Shown here: positions 58,258-64,000 of the stretch, one piece after another | Numbering within the stretch: the stretch's first letter is position 1 | Layout of the letters: every line of letters begins with the position of its first letter | IMG/VR virus record: IMGVR_UViG_3300027608_000014 | Span: 84,873-148,872 of that record | Source: a virus | Length of the DNA: 64,000 nucleotides | Strand: one strand, 5' to 3' | Position numbers and translations under genes: made by a program | Notes under the pieces: model-generated | What the model was told of the DNA's origin: nothing | Seen by the model: the letters and a program-made list of their open reading frames with translations, nothing else | Databases searched by the model: none

Positions 58258-58491
58258 ATGGACAACCCATTAAAAGAAACTCTAGCCCGCCTGGATCAAC
58301 TCCTAGACGACTGCCTCAATGCCAAGGATCAAACAACCCTCTGCATTGACTTCGGCATTATCTTAGGAACCTTAACAACGTTGATAGAGCTCAATGTCGT
58401 CAAAGCCAGTGTCGTCCAGAACTACAACGATCAGATAGAACATCTCATCGGACTTTATCACCTAGGAGTGATCCTGGAAAATGATGATTAA
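58258..58491 (+). CDS. hypothetical protein
   Basis: Short helical ORF. Confidence 0.45.
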   Translation: MDNPLKETLARLDQLLDDCLNAKDQTTLCIDFGIILGTLTTLIELNVVKASVVQNYNDQIEHLIGLYHLGVILENDD

Positions 58492-58630
58492 ACGATTGCC
58501 TGTCAGCGGGCTCCAGTAGCTGAATACGGCCAACGTCGAGTTCGTTGGAGTCTTGCCCCGTACTCGACGGTGCACATTTTCAGACCCGCCGCGCCTCTGC
58601 TTGCATGCGTAATTCGGTGGGTTTTCTAAC

Positions 58631-58702
58631 TGCGGAGTAGTGTCAAGGTAACACGCTCGTCTTGTAAGACAGAACTCCCCGTTTCAATTACGGCCTCCGC
58701 AC
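58631..58702 (+). tRNA. degenerate tRNA-like element (loop contains TGT)
   Basis: TGCGGAG/CTCCGCA acceptor, GTGT/ACAC D stem, CCGT-TTCAATT-ACGG T arm; anticodon stem out of register. Confidence 0.55.
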
Positions 58703-58843
58703 TCAATTTTAGGAAGATAAATCAGACAAGCGATACTGACTCTGCTTTGAAACCAGATGGGGCCTCCGGGCCTGGGGTGCAACTCCTCTGTCTTCCGTTT
58801 TTTCAGTAATTTCTTCTCCCCAAAACAAGCCAACAAACTAGCA

Positions 58844-59536
58844 ATGAAAACTAAAGTATCAAAAGATTCTAAGCCTGAAACCAAGTCCAGCCTGCCGAGG
58901 GGATTTGCCGATCGCAATAAGCTATTCAAGGCCGCCACTGCCGCCGAGAAGCGCGTAATGATTGCCAAGGACGTTCTTGCTCATCTCAAGAAAGGCAAAA
59001 TCATGGCCTTACAAGGAAACTGGGCAGAGATCAGGGTGGCGGAGTGTCTCGATGGAAACGAACAGCTCTGCTCAGTAATCGCAAATAAGTATACCACCTG
59101 CGAGTGCTGTGCCTTGGGAGCGCTTATGATCGCAGAGATCGGCATCAACGATAAGTTGAAGGTCAAGGAGGCTTTCTATGATAGCGACTACTGTGTCGGT
59201 CTGTCTCACAAAAAAAACTGGCCAAAAAAACTAATCACGGAAAAAACGGACTTTAGGGGTTGTTCTTATCAGGGTGATCGACTGAGTAAGTACTTCAGCG
59301 AACAACAGCTCAGATGCATTGAGGCTGCCTTCGAAAGCGGCGGCGGCTACTACCCCATAAGTAGTATCAATAACTGCGCCGCAGCAAAAAATGTGAAGTC
59401 GTTCGCTGACCGGGTGATAAAGAAGTCTTGTGGATCCAGTAAGAAGTGGCACAGCTATTCTAATGGAAAAGAACATCTCGTTCTAGTAGCCATTATGAAA
59501 AATATTGTGAAGAACAAAGGCACTTTTGTACCTTAA
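58844..59536 (+). CDS. hypothetical phage protein
   Basis: RVMIAKDVL, CECCALGALM, IEAAFE, IMKNIVKNKGTFVP. Confidence 0.65.
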   Translation: MKTKVSKDSKPETKSSLPRGFADRNKLFKAATAAEKRVMIAKDVLAHLKKGKIMALQGNWAEIRVAECLDGNEQLCSVIANKYTTCECCALGALMIAEIGINDKLKVKEAFYDSDYCVGLSHKKNWPKKLITEKTDFRGCSYQGDRLSKYFSEQQLRCIEAAFESGGGYYPISSINNCAAAKNVKSFADRVIKKSCGSSKKWHSYSNGKEHLVLVAIMKNIVKNKGTFVP

Positions 59537-59738
59537 GAATTTAGAATTGCTCAGTTAAGATATCAGCTCATGGGCCGTTTAATGCAGCAGGGGCCCTTGA
59601 AGTTGTGAGCATCACAGTACCGGAGAGTTACTGGAGCAAGCCTCACTTCAGTTAGTAATTTGCCTAAATAAGTTCTATCTTATGAGGCGATCATCATAAG
59701 AAGACAAATCCTTAGATCGCCAAGAGAAAACAAATACA

Positions 59739-60164
59739 ATGAAAGAAACCCTACTAAATGTACTTAAAGCCTTGATGTCCCTGCTCAAAGCAGAGCCAAA
59801 TCAAGTGGCTGAGCTAGCTAACGCTCAACAGGCCATTGCAAACGCCAAGGCTGAGACTGCTGCCGCCCTCGCAGAGGTCGCTAACGCACAGGGAAGAGTC
59901 TCTGTGAGCGCTATTGAAGCAGGTGCTGCCAAATCAGCACTGGCAGATGCACAGGCCGCTAACGTGCTCAATGACCCAGAGGTTGCTGCGCTCCTTGATG
60001 AGGTGTCATTGGCCCTTGCCGCGATCAGCCCAAGTGGCGGATTGGTTGTGACTAACGCTGCGACTCTGATTGCGACCACAGTTACTGACACTACGCCCAC
60101 CTCAGTGGCTGGCAGTACGACTGAAGTGCTCGTCGAAACTCCCGTCGAAGTTTCCGAAGCCTAA
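59739..60164 (+). CDS. Ala-rich coiled-coil protein
   Basis: A-rich leader; terminator follows. Confidence 0.6.
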   Translation: MKETLLNVLKALMSLLKAEPNQVAELANAQQAIANAKAETAAALAEVANAQGRVSVSAIEAGAAKSALADAQAANVLNDPEVAALLDEVSLALAAISPSGGLVVTNAATLIATTVTDTTPTSVAGSTTEVLVETPVEVSEA

Positions 60165-60177
60165 AGTGAATTCCGCT

Positions 60178-60210
60178 GATAGACCGGAAAAAGTCTATCA
60201 CTATTTTTTT
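60178..60210 (+). terminator. rho-independent terminator
   Basis: TGATAGAC...GTCTATCA then CTATTTTTTT. Confidence 0.65.
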
Positions 60211-60670
60211 ATACTTGTTTGATAAACAAGCCCCATAGAGCTTGATGAGACTCAACACAATGATGTTCCTCAGGACTGTTTTCTATAACGGTTTTCTGGA
60301 TATTCGAACGCCACCTCGCCAAGCAGGCACCGAAGGCGTTGGATGCGTTGAAGTAATGCTGTGCATGGAGGATACTAAAGGCGTGAGGCGTAAGCCTTAG
60401 ACGAGCCTAAGTCACAAGGTCTCCACGTCGCTGTTCAGCCAGCTATGTTCGACGTTAACAACTAAAGCTGCTCGTGTGCCAGTAGTTTGTGTGTGGGTGC
60501 TGGCCCGTATAAGAAACACTCCTTTGTAGGTGAGCTTGAGAGTCCGTAGCCTATGAAGATAAAGCAACTCGTCCGCATCCCGGCCTGCGTAATGACCGGC
60601 TTCTTTATGGCCCGAATGTATAGGTCAACCCACTAGGAATTTACAGCAAATATAAATACCAAAAATAAAT

Positions 60671-61174
60671 ATGACCAAGCTTGATGAGCTGATTGCTAAA
60701 GTGCCACCGATGCCGTGGAGAAAGATTGAGGATGTTCCATATACGGACTACTATGCTCCCGGCGCTGTGTTCACCCAAGATGGAACTATCCGTATCCTGA
60801 CCCCACACGGGTACTTTGGACAAAGAGGTCCTATCGCCGACCTGGTTCTCCATGCGCTCAAAATGTTACCGAGGATGAGGGAGGCGCTGGAGGAAATGAC
60901 AGGTGCAATGCAGGCTATGTGGGAGGAGCTCCCGGATGACGCCACTGAGGAACAGGAGATGAGGTTTAACGGTCTCAGTGCTGCACAGCACGTTCTCGCC
61001 GAGGTCACCGCATGCCCGGAAGGCGTGGAGGTGGAGATCATTGATCACGATGATCTGGATCGAGAGCCGCAGTCTCACGGCCCGCTATGCGCCTCCCGAG
61101 CGTGCGGCGAATGCACCTGCGGGGAATTCGAGAGGATGGAGGCCATCGCAGACGAGATGGGGGTCGAGCTATGA
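60671..61174 (+). CDS. hypothetical protein
   Basis: First gene of a GC-rich small-ORF cluster; C-terminal H/C motif. Confidence 0.6.
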   Translation: MTKLDELIAKVPPMPWRKIEDVPYTDYYAPGAVFTQDGTIRILTPHGYFGQRGPIADLVLHALKMLPRMREALEEMTGAMQAMWEELPDDATEEQEMRFNGLSAAQHVLAEVTACPEGVEVEIIDHDDLDREPQSHGPLCASRACGECTCGEFERMEAIADEMGVEL

Positions 61175-61383
61175 GTTCATACACCGGCTTCTGCCAGCAA
61201 GCGAACGGCGCAGGAACAATCTGGATCGAGACCTTTAAGGCTCCTGATCTCGGCTCCGCCATCAAGAAGGCGCAGAAGCTCTGCGCTGAAGCGTGGTACG
61301 ACAACAAGGAAGACATCCATGTGCTCGGCATTCTCGCGGGAGATGTCGAAGTGCTGCACTGGGAAGATCTCAACGAAAACTAA
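61171..61383 (+). CDS. hypothetical protein
   Basis: ATGA overlap. Confidence 0.55.
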   Translation: MSSYTGFCQQANGAGTIWIETFKAPDLGSAIKKAQKLCAEAWYDNKEDIHVLGILAGDVEVLHWEDLNEN

Positions 61384-61396
61384 GAAAGGAACAGTA

Positions 61397-61645
61397 ATGA
61401 CCAATCACAACAAAAGCGGAGGAGGGGAAATGAGCCTGCTGCATGAGGCTGTTGAGTCCGGCGTATGCCCGAGCTGCGAGACCCCGCAGCCCGGCATCGC
61501 AGAGCAGTACAGCTACGGCGTCTATGCCGGAGTGATGTGCGAAGCCTGTGCGATCCGCCGGTTCAATGATGCCTGCGGCCACCGCCCTGAAGGACAGGGT
61601 GACTGGCGTGAGCTGGATGAGCCGTACTGGGAGGAGGGCGAATGA
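61397..61645 (+). CDS. small Zn-finger protein
   Basis: CPSC...CEAC; AGGA/GGAGG upstream of candidate starts. Confidence 0.55.
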   Translation: MTNHNKSGGGEMSLLHEAVESGVCPSCETPQPGIAEQYSYGVYAGVMCEACAIRRFNDACGHRPEGQGDWRELDEPYWEEGE

Positions 61646-61908
61646 GCCTGATCCTAATCCGTAAAGGTGGACTGATCTACGCTCCGTTCGACGGTAGTCC
61701 AGACGGACCTCAACTGCTCTGCGATCACAACGAACACGGAGAAGCCGTAGTCCCAAGCGGACCGGGAGAGGACCTCGATATGTGCCTCTACTCGCTACGT
61801 AATTGCAGCGAGGAGGCAGGCGATCTCCCGGATGGGACAACAGTAGAACTGGATGGGGTAGTTCTCGGACACTTCGAGAGTTTCCACTTCATCCCAACCA
61901 AACAATAA
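61642..61908 (+). CDS. hypothetical protein
   Basis: ATGA overlap. Confidence 0.55.
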   Translation: MSLILIRKGGLIYAPFDGSPDGPQLLCDHNEHGEAVVPSGPGEDLDMCLYSLRNCSEEAGDLPDGTTVELDGVVLGHFESFHFIPTKQ

Positions 61909-61909
61909 T

Positions 61910-62305
61910 ATGACAACACCATCCACACCCAGAGCTGAGCACGAGAAGCGGTGTGCACAGATCGTGGATCAGCTCACGGCAATCATCATGGGCGATACTG
62001 GTTACGTAGGCCCCGAGAAGTTCAAGGCGCTGACCCTCCGGCTGGCAGAGCTGCTGGATGACGACAGCCCGGAAGTCCGGCTGCTCGAAGCAGTGGCGGA
62101 CATCGCCTTCCTGGCGGGGGCGCAGCGGTATCACTCCGGGGACTCCCGCGAGGATGTCGCGCAGTTCATCGCATGGGCGAGGGAGTTCGAGCCCCGCCGG
62201 GAAGTCAGCACTGCGGGCGAGGAGACCTATGACGGCCAAGACTACATGACCGCGATCGAGGAGTTCTCGGTCTCGAAGTTCAAAGAGAAAGGTAAATGCG
62301 AATGA
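61910..62305 (+). CDS. hypothetical protein
   Basis: Coupled ORF. Confidence 0.6.
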   Translation: MTTPSTPRAEHEKRCAQIVDQLTAIIMGDTGYVGPEKFKALTLRLAELLDDDSPEVRLLEAVADIAFLAGAQRYHSGDSREDVAQFIAWAREFEPRREVSTAGEETYDGQDYMTAIEEFSVSKFKEKGKCE

Positions 62306-62763
62306 CAACACCATCAACGACTACGATTGACCCGATGGAATACTACCGTAAATTCGGAAGCGACACCGGGATTGGACTGAGTGTGTCCGATAGCCTATGC
62401 AACAAAACAAACAAGCGACTGTGCAGCTTGCTTCAAACGCAAGTGCCAGACCGGGGTCGATACGCTTGTGCCTATCTCACTCCAGACGAGATGCGGGACT
62501 TGGCTAGTGAACTATTCAATCTGGCTTCGATTATTGAAACCGAAAACTTAGTTTTGGAGAATGTGAAGCCATCAAAGTGGAATCACATGATGGACGTGGC
62601 GTTTGGTGTGACAAACTCGCCGCATGAGAATTGGGAGGATGTCCCATACGACGACATTATTGCTGCGTTGGAGAGTCGAGTTCAGAATCTTAAGCATTAT
62701 AGGGATCAAGGAACTGAGCCATTTGGCTTTTGCGACACCATTGAAGAGGAGGAGGGGAAATGA
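62302..62763 (+). CDS. hypothetical protein
   Basis: ATGA overlap. Confidence 0.55.
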   Translation: MTTPSTTTIDPMEYYRKFGSDTGIGLSVSDSLCNKTNKRLCSLLQTQVPDRGRYACAYLTPDEMRDLASELFNLASIIETENLVLENVKPSKWNHMMDVAFGVTNSPHENWEDVPYDDIIAALESRVQNLKHYRDQGTEPFGFCDTIEEEEGK

Positions 62764-62981
62764 GCTGGTTTGTCGCAACGATAGCAGCCTGTCCGACCAA
62801 CTTTACGACGCCCTTTACCGTGGCGATTGAGGGTCGGGATTTGGATCACGCCATAGATCGCCTCTATAAGCTCTACTCAAACGACATCTACTCTGGCCTC
62901 GGCCAGAACATGAGTGAGGCAATTCGGGAAACTAGCGACCCTGACGAGATGGAAAATGCACGAAAGCATCCGATGAAGTAG
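62760..62981 (+). CDS. hypothetical protein
   Basis: ATGA overlap. Confidence 0.5.
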   Translation: MSWFVATIAACPTNFTTPFTVAIEGRDLDHAIDRLYKLYSNDIYSGLGQNMSEAIRETSDPDEMENARKHPMK

Positions 62982-63049
62982 CAACAAAAGAACCAACCCC
63001 GGTGCGGGTCCGATCCCTGCACCAACCAAGAAGGATCAATAGACCAAAT

Positions 63050-63844
63050 ATGAAATGTATAATTGTGACACCCGCAGGGCGACAGCGTTACCTTGAACTT
63101 CTTTTTCAACATCTTATTGCGCAAAAAGATGACTTTGATGAATGGCACCTATGGATAAACACAGCTGTTCAGCCAGACATTGACTACTGCCGCAAGCTTG
63201 AGTCCGAAAATACCTGGATTAAATGTGTCATTGTTCCGTCTAGTAATTACACCTCTTTTAATATCTGCAACTTCTTTAAAACCTGTACAGATATCGACAC
63301 AGTATATATCAGGCTCGATGATGATATAGTATGGTTAGAGCCAGGTTTCGTAAGCTCTATGAAAAGATTTCGGATTGCTAATCCCGATTTTTTCCTTGTG
63401 TATGGCAATATAATTAACAATGCAATCACATCTCACCTCCAGCAACGTTTCTTAAATATTACTCTTGATCAAGGAATTGCTGGATACGAGTGTATGGATG
63501 ATGTCGGGTGGAAGAACCCTGCATTCTCGGAGCACTTGCACAGAAGTTTCATTAGAGACTGTAAACTGGGCAAACACGCGCAGTGGAAATTTTCACCTTG
63601 GGTGCTATTTTTTAATGAGCGTATGTCCATTAACTGCATCTCGTGGCTAGGATCTGAGTTCGCTAAGTTTGATGGGGCGGTTGGAATAGACGAAGAAGTG
63701 TGGTTATCGATCGACAAGCCGAAGCAGCTACAGAAGCTCAACTGTATACATGGAGGTGCACTCTGTGTCCATTTTAGCTTTTATACCCAACGTGCCCATC
63801 TAGATCAAACAAACATTCTCGATGAATACAGATCACTTATCTGA
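63050..63844 (+). CDS. GT-A-fold glycosyltransferase-like protein
   Basis: IVTPAGRQRYL, YIRLDDDIVW (DxD), DEE, VHFSF; AT-rich. Confidence 0.7.
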   Translation: MKCIIVTPAGRQRYLELLFQHLIAQKDDFDEWHLWINTAVQPDIDYCRKLESENTWIKCVIVPSSNYTSFNICNFFKTCTDIDTVYIRLDDDIVWLEPGFVSSMKRFRIANPDFFLVYGNIINNAITSHLQQRFLNITLDQGIAGYECMDDVGWKNPAFSEHLHRSFIRDCKLGKHAQWKFSPWVLFFNERMSINCISWLGSEFAKFDGAVGIDEEVWLSIDKPKQLQKLNCIHGGALCVHFSFYTQRAHLDQTNILDEYRSLI

Positions 63845-64000
63845 CCTAGAACGGCTCGAAAAACTGTTAAATAGATACTATACTTTGACTCTCCCCGAAA
63901 GCTCAGCGTCACGCTGCTCACAAACCATTGCGGATGCACTGTCCCACGCGCCTTTGTATTTGATGACATGCTCATTTTGTATTATGGCGTTCATTCGTCC

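Noticed and set aside
59575-59650. Twister ribozyme suggested by TTAATGCAGC
   Set aside because: The partner conserved segments and pseudoknot pairings could not be placed
1-64000. Stop-codon reassignment
   Set aside because: Conserved genes are intact under the standard code and end in TAA, TAG and TGA; no suppressor tRNA seen

Overview
A 64-kb segment of a large dsDNA tailed phage genome (standard genetic code, almost all genes on the + strand). It carries a lone minus-strand terminase large subunit, a Ycf46-like AAA+/DUF1257/DUF2997/DUF3150-like operon, a replication/recombination block (SbcD, ThyX, SbcC, SF2 helicase, DnaB, primase, a split DnaE, RecA-like, RuvC-like, dNMP kinase), a lysis cassette, a portal with virion-type proteins rich in K-x-A motifs, 3-4 tRNAs and a GC-rich cluster of small ORFs. 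The standout is 11126-15294: a retron-type reverse transcriptase (YADD) and a small beta-rich ORF are followed by ~2 kb of non-coding DNA that resolves into nine tandem, sequence-divergent but structurally equivalent msr/msd-like units. Each unit has its own terminal inverted repeat, a TG-G putative branch G, short 5' hairpins and usually a long imperfect 3' hairpin, and the junctions keep a constant 27-29-nt register. A phage RNase HI gene follows immediately. This looks like a phage-encoded multi-template retron array able to make a panel of different hairpin ssDNAs, with no obvious toxin effector. All family assignments come from motif recognition by eye, not database searches.
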